Positions 22,923 through 33,393 are shown, numbered from the stretch's first letter. The stretch: 64,000 nucleotides of DNA from Rhodocyclaceae bacterium (GCA_044359525.1 JBIKLY010000006.1:370-64369), one strand, 5' to 3'. Numbers and translations are program-made. Notes: generated from the sequence alone by a model not told the origin.

Positions 22923-24053
22923 ATGATTCTTATTAAAACCCAACGTGACAGACTTCTGGCGCCTTTGCAGTCGGTTTCCGGTATCGTCGAGAAGCGACAT
23001 ACGCTGCCGATACTGTCAAACGTCTTGCTTGAAAAGAAAGGTGACAGACTCACTTTTCTGGCAACGGATATCGAAATCCAGATAACAACTTCAACGACTG
23101 ATGCCATCGGTGATGGCGACGGTGCGATTACCGTCGGTGCACGAAAGCTTCAGGACATCCTGCGATCCTTGCCGGAAAGTGCCGAAGTCAGTTTGATCCT
23201 TGAAGAAAAGCGTCTTCAAGTGCGTGCCGGGAAAAGTCGATTCAGCCTGCAAACCCTGCCAGCAGAAGATTTCCCCCGTATGGCCTTGTCTGATGGTGAT
23301 CTGAAAAAGTTTACGGTTACACAAAAACAGTTTCGCCAGTTACTGGCACAAACCCAGTTTTCGATGGCCGCACAGGATGTTCGTTATTATTTGAATGGCT
23401 TATTGCTGTTGGTTGATGGTAGCGAATTACGTACGGTGGCCACGGATGGTCATCGTCTGGCTTATGCCAGCATGCCGCTTGAAAATGCGCCCGAAGCCTT
23501 GCGTGCCGAAGGCGCCGCCCGCCAGGAACTGATCCTGCCACGCAAGACCGTACTTGAACTGAATCGTTTGCTGACTGACAGTGACGAGCCTTTGTCGATT
23601 GAAATGACAGCGAATCAGATACGCTTTCAGTTCGGTCACATCAACCTGGTTTCAAAGTTGATCGACGGCAAGTTCCCTGATTATGAACGCGTCATCCCGG
23701 CAACCCTGAAGAATATCGTTCCGTTGAACCGCGCGGCCTTGCTGCAATCGATGGTCAGAGCAGCAATTCTGACCAATGAAAAATTCCGTGGCGTGCGTTT
23801 GATCCTGTCGCCCGGCAGCCTGAAAATAATTGCTGCCAACGCCGAGCAGGAAGAAGCAATCGAGGAAATCGAAGTCGATTACAACGGCGATGCACTCGAT
23901 GTCGGCTTCAACGTCGGCTACCTGCTTGATGTTCTCAACAACACCTCGGTGGAGAGCGTTGAATGGGGTTTCAACGACGCGAATTCGAGCGCCTTGTTAA
24001 CCATCCCGGGTAACGATCGTTTCAAGTACGTTGTCATGCCAATGCGTATCTAG
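22923..24053 (+). CDS. dnaN: DNA polymerase III beta sliding clamp
   Basis: 376 aa with MILIKTQRDRLLAPLQSVSGIVEKRHTLPILSNVLLE, and the C-terminus ends in MPMRI. Confidence 0.96.
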   Translation: MILIKTQRDRLLAPLQSVSGIVEKRHTLPILSNVLLEKKGDRLTFLATDIEIQITTSTTDAIGDGDGAITVGARKLQDILRSLPESAEVSLILEEKRLQVRAGKSRFSLQTLPAEDFPRMALSDGDLKKFTVTQKQFRQLLAQTQFSMAAQDVRYYLNGLLLLVDGSELRTVATDGHRLAYASMPLENAPEALRAEGAARQELILPRKTVLELNRLLTDSDEPLSIEMTANQIRFQFGHINLVSKLIDGKFPDYERVIPATLKNIVPLNRAALLQSMVRAAILTNEKFRGVRLILSPGSLKIIAANAEQEEAIEEIEVDYNGDALDVGFNVGYLLDVLNNTSVESVEWGFNDANSSALLTIPGNDRFKYVVMPMRI

Positions 24054-24084
24054 AACAAAATCGATTCAGCAACAGCGTTATAAA

Positions 24085-24100
24085 CGTTTCACGTGAAACA
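24085..24100. promoter_or_regulatory. parS centromere-like site (cGTTTCACGTGAAACA, 15/16 to consensus)
   Basis: Matches the ParB-binding consensus TGTTNCACGTGAAACA. It lies in the dnaN-gyrB gap. ParB is encoded at 2122..2973. Confidence 0.8.
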
Positions 24101-24112
24101 GGAATTGGATAA

Positions 24113-26590
<2,478 letters not shown>

Positions 26591-26670
26591 CGTGTTGCGA
26601 ATATCCGAGAGAGTAAAAACCGTGCCGAGGTAGTGAAAAGTTGCTCACGCCGGGAGTGAAGTGATCCAAA

Positions 26671-26700
26671 GAAAGAGGCTAACCATGCCTCTTTCTGCTT
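26671..26700 (+). terminator. Hairpin downstream of gyrB (probable intrinsic terminator)
   Basis: GAAAGAGGC-taaccat-GCCTCTTTC, a 9-bp stem followed by TGCTT. It lies 80 nt after the gyrB stop. Confidence 0.45.
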
Positions 26701-26796
26701 ATAGGAATATCTCCCGTAAACTGATGAGTTTTGGTGAGTTTCTCCGGATCAATCTTGCATGTGCCGTTTAGCCGCGATGACAAAGGATGACTGAGC

Positions 26797-27747
26797 ATGA
26801 GCGACATAAAGCTTTTCCGCTACACCAATAACGGCACTACAGAACTGGCTGGAAAAGCTGTTGCCATTGAAAAAACATTACAGAAACTGATCGAATCGCA
26901 AATGGAAACATTTCTTGGTGTGCGTTTCCTTGCCACCGAGTACAGTACTGGCGCCAAGCATCGTGGGCGCATCGATTCCTTGGGACTCGACGAAAATGGT
27001 TGTCCGGTAATCTTAGAATACAAGCGGCACACTAACGAGAATGTGATCAACCAAGGCTTGTTTTACCTTGACTGGCTGCTGGATCACAAAGCGGATTTTC
27101 GCTTGCTGGTTATGGACAAACTTGGCAAGGTTGATGCAGATAAGATCGAGTGGGGCGGCACTCGTCTCCTTTGCATTGCGGCCGACTTCACCCGCTACGA
27201 CGAGCATGCGGTTGCACTTATCAACCGCAATATCGAACTGATACGCTACAAGCTATTTGGTGACGACTTACTTCTGTTCGAACTGGTAAATGGCGGCAGC
27301 GCCGCGACGACGCAATCAACTGTAGAAACCGACGAAGTGGCGATGGAGGCTAAGCCGGGCAAGACTCCTTCTGCGTCCACCTTGGCAATGAAAACGCACG
27401 CTGACCAGATCGCTACAGCGACCCCCGAGTTGCTGGTGCTTTTCGAGCAGGCGCGCAGCTTCATACTTGCGCAGGGAGACGACATCATTGAAAAGCCGCT
27501 CAAACTCTATGTTGCCTTCCGACGCCTGAAAAATTTCATTTGCCTGTCTCTGATCTCGAAGCAGGATCCGCATGTCTTTTTGACGCTAAAAATTGATCCA
27601 GAAACGGTCGTATTGGAGCAGGGTTTCTCACGTGATGTCAGCAAAATCGGTCACTGGGGTACCGGTGATCTAGAGGTAGTTCTGCGATCGCCTGCCGATC
27701 TCGAAAAAGCAAAAGTTCTGATTGAGCGCGCCTATCAAGAGAACTGA
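26797..27747 (+). CDS. PD-(D/E)XK nuclease-like (NucS/DUF91-type) N-terminal domain fused to a DUF5655-like C-terminal domain
   Basis: 316 aa. GRIDSLGLDENGCPVILEYKR is a D...ExK restriction-endonuclease-fold motif. The C-terminal segment LKLYVAFRRLKNFICL...IGHWGTGDLEVVL resembles DUF5655. GC is lower than in the flanks. It is the first gene after gyrB. Confidence 0.65.
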   Translation: MSDIKLFRYTNNGTTELAGKAVAIEKTLQKLIESQMETFLGVRFLATEYSTGAKHRGRIDSLGLDENGCPVILEYKRHTNENVINQGLFYLDWLLDHKADFRLLVMDKLGKVDADKIEWGGTRLLCIAADFTRYDEHAVALINRNIELIRYKLFGDDLLLFELVNGGSAATTQSTVETDEVAMEAKPGKTPSASTLAMKTHADQIATATPELLVLFEQARSFILAQGDDIIEKPLKLYVAFRRLKNFICLSLISKQDPHVFLTLKIDPETVVLEQGFSRDVSKIGHWGTGDLEVVLRSPADLEKAKVLIERAYQEN

Positions 27748-27797
27748 TCCGGCAGGAGAATTTTGTGCAGTGGCTCGTACTGACAATTCTTGCCCAT

Positions 27798-28009
27798 AGC
27801 GCACCAAGCAGGAAACGACATGAGACTGAATTTGAAGGTCAGCTTTGCCGAAAAGGACGAGGCCAAGAAACTGGGCGCCAGGTGGGATGCCGCTCAGAAG
27901 ATTTGGTACGTCGAGGGCATGGCGGATATGGCACCATTCGCGAAATGGTCGCCCACCCCGCAGCCGAGCCCGGCTGCCGGTGAGCCGCTGGCAAAGAGCG
28001 TTCCAGCCA
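27798..28009 (+). repeat. Direct repeat copy 1 (212 bp; 5' UTR plus first 63 codons of a DUF5710 gene)
   Basis: Aligns without gaps to 30672..30883 (offset 2874 bp). By eye there is 1 mismatch in the first 117 bp and about 14 overall. Confidence 0.9.
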
Positions 28010-28089
28010 GGTACGAGGTCGTCAGTGGATTGAGGCGCGTGCCGCATCTTCGGCAGGACAGCACAACATCAGTTTGTCCACGTTGCTGA
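27820..28089 (+). CDS. DUF5710-like protein, 3'-truncated/chimeric copy (probably non-functional tail)
   Basis: MRLNLKVSFAEKDEAKKLGARWDAAQKIWYVEG is nearly identical to the start of ORF 30694..31005. After codon 63 the sequence diverges and reads across hsdS-derived DNA out of frame. Confidence 0.5.
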   Translation: MRLNLKVSFAEKDEAKKLGARWDAAQKIWYVEGMADMAPFAKWSPTPQPSPAAGEPLAKSVPARYEVVSGLRRVPHLRQDSTTSVCPRC

Positions 28090-28376
28090 CAATGCCAATT
28101 CCTGTGCCATCACTGGCTGAGCAGTCCTGTTCGCTTCAGTCGCTTGAATGCGCTCTTCAAGCCACTACCGATAAAGAGCAATCGCTGGAAGTGTCCCTCA
28201 AACAATCCGACGCCCAACGCAAAAATATCCTCAAAGCCGCTTTCTCCGGCCAGCTGGTGCCGCAGGTCCCCGACGACGAACCGGCCAGTAGTGCCCTGCT
28301 TGAGCGCATTCGTGCCGAGCGGGCAGCGCGGGGTGCGGGTGGCAAAACCTCGGCAAGGAAGATCCGTCATGCGTGA
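28011..28376 (+). pseudogene. hsdS: Type I restriction-modification specificity subunit (HsdS), 3' remnant only
   Basis: The frame reads ...RQWIEARAASSAGQHNISLSTLLTMPIPVPSLAEQ...LKQSDAQRKNILKAAFSGQLVPQVPDDEPASSALLERIRAER. This is the conserved end of a target-recognition domain plus the C-terminal coiled-coil helix of HsdS. There is no N-terminal TRD and no start codon context. Confidence 0.75.
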
Positions 28377-29868
28377 GCTTGGTGCACAGGATGCCCAGTC
28401 CTTTCTCGATTCGATCCTGCCCCAAGGCGAAAGCCAGCGTATCGAAGCCAAGCGGGTGTCGGGAAAGATGGTGAACAAGGCGCTGGAAACGGTGTGTGCT
28501 TTTGCCAATACGCGAGGTGGCGTGCTGGTGCTGGGGGTGGAAGATTTCGCCAAAGCCAAAGGGGTGGATCGCCTGATTGGCGTCGGTGAGAACCCCGAGG
28601 CAGTGGACGAACTGCTGCGCAAGCTGAATACGCACCTGCTGCCAACCGTCGCGGACGTGGAAGCGATACGCGTGCCTTGTCGCCTGCGTGATGGAAGTTC
28701 CGGTTTCGTGGTGGCGCTCAAGGTGCCGGCAAGCGACAAGGTGCATTCGATTCTGGATGACGGTACGTGGACGCGGGGCGAGGCCAGCAACCGCGAGATG
28801 ACGGCGAGCGAAATCACCGAGTTGTCTTACCGGCGCGGCGTGCGCAGTGCGGAGTCGGAAGCCGTTGACGTGGATTTCGATCTGCTCGACAGCGAAGCGT
28901 GGCGCCTGTTCGTGCACGGGCGCGGGCTGCAAAGCGGTGGGCTGGCCGATCAGCTTTATCGTATTGGCCTGGCGAAAAAGGTCGGCAACGAGCTGCGGCC
29001 AGTACGCGCGGCGGTACTGTTGTTCGCCGACGAGCCCGGGGCATTGCTGGCCGGAACGGGGACACGCGCCGATGTCCGCATTTTTCACTATCGCGGCAAC
29101 GCCATCGAAACGGGCGAGATTCCCAACCTGAAGAAGCCGCCCAAGACGATTGCCGGCCCGCTTTACCTGCAAATTGCGCGTACCCATGCCTATCTGCTTG
29201 AGGAGCTGGCCGAGGGGCTGACTCTGGCCGCCTCGGGTTTTCGCACCGTGCACAGATATCCGGAGCGGGTGATCAAGGAAGCGATCACCAATGCCGTGAT
29301 CCATCGCGATTACCGGCTGAATCGGGATATCCAGATTCGTATTTTTGATACCCGTATCGAGTTTCTGAGCCCCGGCCTGTTCCCGGGCCGCATCAGCGCG
29401 GCGAATATCTCGCGTGCCGGTTCGTTTGCCCGGAATCCACTGATTGCCCGTAACTTGCGCGAGTTTCCCGAGCCGCCGAACGTGGATGCGGGTGAAGGCG
29501 TGCGGATGATGTTCAGTGTGATGAAAGCAAACAACCTCTATCCGCCCTTCTATCGCGAATTGCAGGAACTGGCGCAGGAGGCGGTTGCGGTGTTGTTGCT
29601 CAACGAGGAGCGCCCACCCATTTGGGAGCAGGTCAGCGACTGGATAGACCGCCAAGGCCCCATCGCCAATGCCGATCTGTGCCAGATCGCCGCGGTCGAT
29701 ACCTTGAAGGCTTCAAGAATGCTCAAACGCTGGGTGGAGCAAGGCGTTCTCGTGGCGGACAGCACGCGGGGCAAGCGCAATATGGTGTATCGCAAGCCGG
29801 TCGAAAACGGGCTGAACGAGCCGGGTTTGTTTTCCGCAGCGCTGGATAATAACGGCCATAATGCGTGA
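28369..29868 (+). CDS. AlbA_2 (Schlafen-like DNA-binding) + HATPase_c_4 domain protein, the RecG-like putative regulator type common in R-M loci
   Basis: ATG 28369 overlaps the hsdS-remnant stop (ATGCGTGA). It has ESQRIEAKRVSG...ETVCAFANTRGGVLVLGVED (AlbA_2) and ERVIKEAITNAVIHRDYRLNRDIQIRIFDTRIEFLSPGLFPG (HATPase_c_4), with a winged-helix-like C-terminus. The 5' extension of ORF 28144 is rejected. Confidence 0.8.
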   Translation: MRELGAQDAQSFLDSILPQGESQRIEAKRVSGKMVNKALETVCAFANTRGGVLVLGVEDFAKAKGVDRLIGVGENPEAVDELLRKLNTHLLPTVADVEAIRVPCRLRDGSSGFVVALKVPASDKVHSILDDGTWTRGEASNREMTASEITELSYRRGVRSAESEAVDVDFDLLDSEAWRLFVHGRGLQSGGLADQLYRIGLAKKVGNELRPVRAAVLLFADEPGALLAGTGTRADVRIFHYRGNAIETGEIPNLKKPPKTIAGPLYLQIARTHAYLLEELAEGLTLAASGFRTVHRYPERVIKEAITNAVIHRDYRLNRDIQIRIFDTRIEFLSPGLFPGRISAANISRAGSFARNPLIARNLREFPEPPNVDAGEGVRMMFSVMKANNLYPPFYRELQELAQEAVAVLLLNEERPPIWEQVSDWIDRQGPIANADLCQIAAVDTLKASRMLKRWVEQGVLVADSTRGKRNMVYRKPVENGLNEPGLFSAALDNNGHNA

Positions 29869-29913
29869 AAAACAAACAAAAATAACAAGATAGTCTTATG
29901 GTTATTATCTTGC

Positions 29914-29953
29914 CCCTGCCCTGCCCTGCCCTGCCCTGCCCTGCCCTGCCCTG
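29914..29953. repeat. Pentanucleotide microsatellite (CCCTG)x8
   Basis: Eight perfect tandem units counted directly. The tract is intergenic, 45 bp after the AlbA_2-gene stop. Confidence 0.97.
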
Positions 29954-30054
29954 TGCCGCAGGCCTCGGCTGAGATTTGGCCTTGCCGTCAGGACACCACC
30001 GGCGAAAAGACGAAATATCCGCTAGCCCACGAATGATTTTTTGACGGACGCCGG

Positions 30055-30084
30055 GTTTATTATCCGACCAGCTGGATAATAAAC
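30055..30084. repeat. Palindrome GTTTATTATCC-N8-GGATAATAAAC, part of a five-copy GGATAATAA motif array
   Basis: 11-bp perfect arms. Further copies of the core lie at 29842-29853, 29901-29909 and 30131-30140. Confidence 0.85.
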
Positions 30085-30202
30085 TACGATTCTGTTGAAT
30101 CATGATTAAAAACATTGTCTTACTGCCGCTGTTATTATCCTCGACACCTTTTCTGGCGTGATCTGGTAGCAGCTTGGCCGACCGGATTAAAACAGGAACC
30201 GA

Positions 30203-30563
30203 ATGAACGCTTCTTCTCTCGTCCAGAAAGTCTGGAATTTCTGCCATACGCTGCACGATGACGGCGTGGGTTACGGCGACTATCAGGAACAGCTGACCTA
30301 TCCGCTGTTCCTGAAGATGGCGCACGAGTACGCGCAGGAGCCGTATAGGCCGACACCTGCCCACCGGCATCTTTTATGCGCAGGGCGTGAAGGCCAACGT
30401 GGTGTTTTTCGACGCCAAGCCGAAGGATGGCAGTCTGGACAACCTTGATGATCTGCCATCACCCGATATTCTGCAGCAGGAAATTATTGACCATCTTGAG
30501 GCTGCTTTGGCGGCTTTCCGAGACGTAGCCGCCGCGCTGCCGAGCTTTAATGCCAAGGAATAA
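30203..30563 (+). pseudogene. hsdM: Type I R-M methyltransferase subunit (HsdM) with a large internal deletion and frameshift
   Basis: The N-terminal ~48 codons LVQKVWNFCHTLHDDGVGYGDYQEQLTYPLFLKMAHEYAQEPY match the HsdM N-domain. From about 30357, in another frame, the sequence reads LPTGIFYAQGVKANVVFFDAKPKDG...AALPSFNAKE and then stops, matching the HsdM C-terminus. The entire catalytic core is missing. Confidence 0.8.
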
Positions 30564-30671
30564 CAACTCGTACAACTCGTCGTGCGGCGGTACGCGTCAT
30601 TCCGCAGCATGGCGTTCACGGTAAAGTTCGCACCTTTCGCCCCTGGGGCAAGGCTCCATCGATAGCAACTC

Positions 30672-30883
30672 AGCGCACCAAGCAGGAAACGACATGAGAC
30701 TGAATTTGAAGGTCAGCTTTGCCGAAAAGGACGAGGCCAAGAAACTGGGCGCCAGATGGGATGCCGCTCAGAAGATTTGGTACGTCGAAGGCAAGGCGGA
30801 TATAGCGCCATTCGCGAAATGGTCGCCCTCCGCTCAGGCGAGCCCGGCTGCCGGTGAGCCAGCGGCGAAGAGCGCTCCAGCCG
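30672..30883 (+). repeat. Direct repeat copy 2 (212 bp)
   Basis: See copy 1 at 27798..28009. Confidence 0.9.
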
Positions 30884-31005
30884 GGAAACAGCAGGCGCCC
30901 GGCAAGCTGGTCGTTGGTGAAAACTACGTCGAGCAGGCACGCGTTTGTGAGTGCCTGCCATGGGATGTGTGCGACAAATGCCGGTCCATGGCGCTCGCCA
31001 GTTAG
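30694..31005 (+). CDS. DUF5710-like small protein (full-length copy) with a Cys-rich C-terminus
   Basis: 103 aa. The N-terminal KDEAKKLGARWDAAQKIWYV motif is recalled from N-termini of plasmid primase/Toprim proteins. A Pro/Ala-rich linker follows, then a C-terminal CECLPWDVCDKC. Confidence 0.6.
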   Translation: MRLNLKVSFAEKDEAKKLGARWDAAQKIWYVEGKADIAPFAKWSPSAQASPAAGEPAAKSAPAGKQQAPGKLVVGENYVEQARVCECLPWDVCDKCRSMALAS

Positions 31006-31129
31006 CCTGCTTTCGATGTCAGGTGGGCGCTATTTGAGGCACATCTGAAGCAGCGAACAATTTTCCTTGGTGCCGTATCCCTTTAGCGATGCGAACCCTC
31101 GTAAAGATCATTGAGAGAGGGCTGAAAAC

Positions 31130-32179
31130 ATGAGCGACGAACCCTTGCCCCAATCCGAATTCATCCTCTACCAGACCGAGGACGGCCGGACGCGTATTCA
31201 ATGCCGCTTTGACGATGAAACGCTCTGGCTGACGCAGGCGCAGATTGCCGATTTGTTCCAGACCACGCCGCAGAACGTGACGCTACACCTGAAAGCCATC
31301 TTTGCCGAGGGTGAACTGGGCGAGGCGGCAACTTGTAAGGATTGCTTACAAGTTCGCCCCGAAGGCGGGCGGGAGGTCGCGAGGAAACTGCGCCACTACC
31401 GGCTGGAGGCGATTCTCGCCGTCGGTTTCCGCGTTCGTAGCCAGCGCGGCACGCAGTTCCGCCAATGGGCGACGGCGCGCTTGAGCGAGTACCTGGTGAA
31501 GGGCTTCACCATGGACGACGAGCGGCTGAAGAATCCGCCGGGCAAGGGGCAGCAGGATTACTTCGACGAGCTGCTGGAGCGCATCCGCGACATCCGTTCA
31601 TCGGAGCGGCGCTTTTATCAGAAGGTGCTCGATATTTATGCGACGAGCGTGGACTACACGCCGAACGCGGAGGATTCGCAACGCTTCTTCGCCGCCGTGC
31701 AGAACAAGATGCACTGGGCGACGCACGGCCACACCGCCGCCGAGATCATTCACGAACGGGTGGATGCGACCCAGCCGTTCATGGCCCTGCTGAGCACGCG
31801 ACCCGGTGGCATCGTGCGCAAGGATGACGTATCCGTCGCCAAGAATTACCTGACGGAAGACGAACTCCAGGTGCTCAACCGCATCGTGAACCTCTACATC
31901 GAATACGCGGCGCTGCAGGCGCTGGAGCGCAAGCCGATGACGATGCGCGACTGGATCACGAAGCTCGATGATTTTCTGAAGATCTCGGGGCGCCAGTTGC
32001 TCGACCACGCGGGCAGGATTTCCGCCGATGATGCCCGCGCCAAGGCTGAGTCGGAATATGCTCGATATCGAGCCCTGCTGGATGCGCAGCCGCAGCGTGT
32101 GGATACGGATTTTGAGAAAGCGGCGAAGGAATTGAAGCAGCTGCCTCGTCCTAGAAAACCCAAGGCACCGAAACCATGA
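31130..32179 (+). CDS. RhuM family virulence/DNA-binding protein
   Basis: 349 aa with FILYQTEDGRTRIQCRFDDETLWLTQAQIADLFQTTPQNVTLHLKAIF, AVGFRVRSQRGTQFRQWA and RFYQKVLDIYATSVDY blocks typical of RhuM-family proteins found in R-M and defence islands. Confidence 0.8.
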   Translation: MSDEPLPQSEFILYQTEDGRTRIQCRFDDETLWLTQAQIADLFQTTPQNVTLHLKAIFAEGELGEAATCKDCLQVRPEGGREVARKLRHYRLEAILAVGFRVRSQRGTQFRQWATARLSEYLVKGFTMDDERLKNPPGKGQQDYFDELLERIRDIRSSERRFYQKVLDIYATSVDYTPNAEDSQRFFAAVQNKMHWATHGHTAAEIIHERVDATQPFMALLSTRPGGIVRKDDVSVAKNYLTEDELQVLNRIVNLYIEYAALQALERKPMTMRDWITKLDDFLKISGRQLLDHAGRISADDARAKAESEYARYRALLDAQPQRVDTDFEKAAKELKQLPRPRKPKAPKP

Positions 32180-32304
32180 GCCTCAACGAATCCATCGTTT
32201 GAGGCGCATCCAAGGCAGCGAAAAATTTCCCCGGTCACTGCCCTATCCCCTTCCCCGCCGCTTGGCTCGCGACGCTGCGCGACGGCTCTGATTTTTTGGA
32301 CATC

Positions 32305-33393
32305 ATGCCTCTTTCCCGAATCATCCCCGCCGAATATTCGGCCCAGTTGGCCGACAAGGCTGCGCAGTTCAAGCTTGTTTTTGCGCCTTTCGCCCTCCCT
32401 GAACCGGCCGTGTTTGCTTCGTCGCCGCTATCTTTCCGGCTGCGCGCCGAGTTCAGGATGTTTCATCGCGGCGAGCGGGTTGATTACGCGATGTTCGCCG
32501 CCGACGATCCGAAACGGCCGGTGCCGATCGACGATTTTCCGGTCGCCGATCAAACCATTCGCGCCGCGATGCCGCGCCTGCGCGCGTTGTTGCAGGCGGA
32601 TGAGCGGTTGCGGCGCGATCTGTTTCAGACGGATTTTCTGGCGACCTTGAGTGGTGAGCTGCTGATCACGCTGATCTACCACCGGCGGCTCGATGAACAG
32701 TGGGAAGCGGCCGCCCGGGCGCTCGCCGGCGAACTGCAGGTGCAGCTGATCGGGCGCAGTCGCGGCCAGAAGATCGTCCTCGACCGCGACTGGGTGCTGG
32801 AGGAGTTCGAGCTCGACGGCCGTCGTCTGCGCTACCAGCAAATCGAGGCCAGCTTTTCGCAGCCCAATGGTGGCGTGAACCGGCAGATGCTGGGCTGGGC
32901 CTGCCAGCAGGCGGCCGGGCTGGGCGGCGATCTGCTCGAACTTTACTGCGGCAACGGCAATTTCACGGTCGCGCTGGCGCCGCTGTTCGAGCGCGTGCTG
33001 GCCACCGAAGTCAGCAAGACCTCGGTGCATGCCGCGCAATACAACCTCGACGCCAATCAGATCGGGAATGTCGCGCTGGTGCGCATGTCGAGCGAGGAGA
33101 TCAGCGGTGCGCTGGCCGGCGCGCGCGAGTATCGCCGCATGGAGGGTGTCGATCTCGGCGAGTACCGCTTTTCCACCCTCTTCGTCGATCCGCCGCGCAG
33201 CGGGCTGGACGCGCCGACGCTGGCGCTGGCTGCGGGCTTCGAGCGCATTCTGTACATCTCGTGCAACCAGCAAAGCCTGCTTGAAAACGTCGCTGCGCTG
33301 GATGCCACGCACGTGATTACCGCCGCTGCCGCCTTTGACCAGTTTCCCTATACTGACCACCTGGAATGCGGGCTGCTGCTGACGCGGCGGTGA
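32305..33393 (+). CDS. trmA: tRNA (uracil54-C5)-methyltransferase TrmA
   Basis: Collinear with E. coli TrmA: FRLRAEFRMFH, SFSQPNGGVNRQML, LLELYCGNGNF, FVDPPRSGLD, ILYISCN and DQFPYTDHLECG. ATG 32305 is preferred over TTG 32296. Confidence 0.93.
   Translation: MPLSRIIPAEYSAQLADKAAQFKLVFAPFALPEPAVFASSPLSFRLRAEFRMFHRGERVDYAMFAADDPKRPVPIDDFPVADQTIRAAMPRLRALLQADERLRRDLFQTDFLATLSGELLITLIYHRRLDEQWEAAARALAGELQVQLIGRSRGQKIVLDRDWVLEEFELDGRRLRYQQIEASFSQPNGGVNRQMLGWACQQAAGLGGDLLELYCGNGNFTVALAPLFERVLATEVSKTSVHAAQYNLDANQIGNVALVRMSSEEISGALAGAREYRRMEGVDLGEYRFSTLFVDPPRSGLDAPTLALAAGFERILYISCNQQSLLENVAALDATHVITAAAAFDQFPYTDHLECGLLLTRR

Noticed and set aside
28231-29655. 474-aa minus-strand ORF across the AlbA_2 gene
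   Set aside because: It has no recognisable motifs, whereas the + strand frame carries AlbA_2 and HATPase_c_4 signatures.
29914-29953. Possible CRISPR-like or minisatellite array
   Set aside because: The units are 5 nt with no spacers, so this is a microsatellite. I saw no CRISPR repeats or cas genes anywhere in the window.
30102-30161. 19-codon hydrophobic mini-ORF MIKNIVLLPLLLSSTPFLA (type I toxin-like?)
   Set aside because: It has no Shine-Dalgarno sequence, and its coding sequence contains one of the TTATTATCC motif copies. More likely it is non-coding operator DNA.
29723-30370. 215-aa minus-strand ORF containing QGRAGQGRAGQGRG
   Set aside because: The repeat peptide is simply the translated (CCCTG)8 tract. 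The ORF crosses the end of the AlbA_2 gene and the hsdM remnant in antisense.
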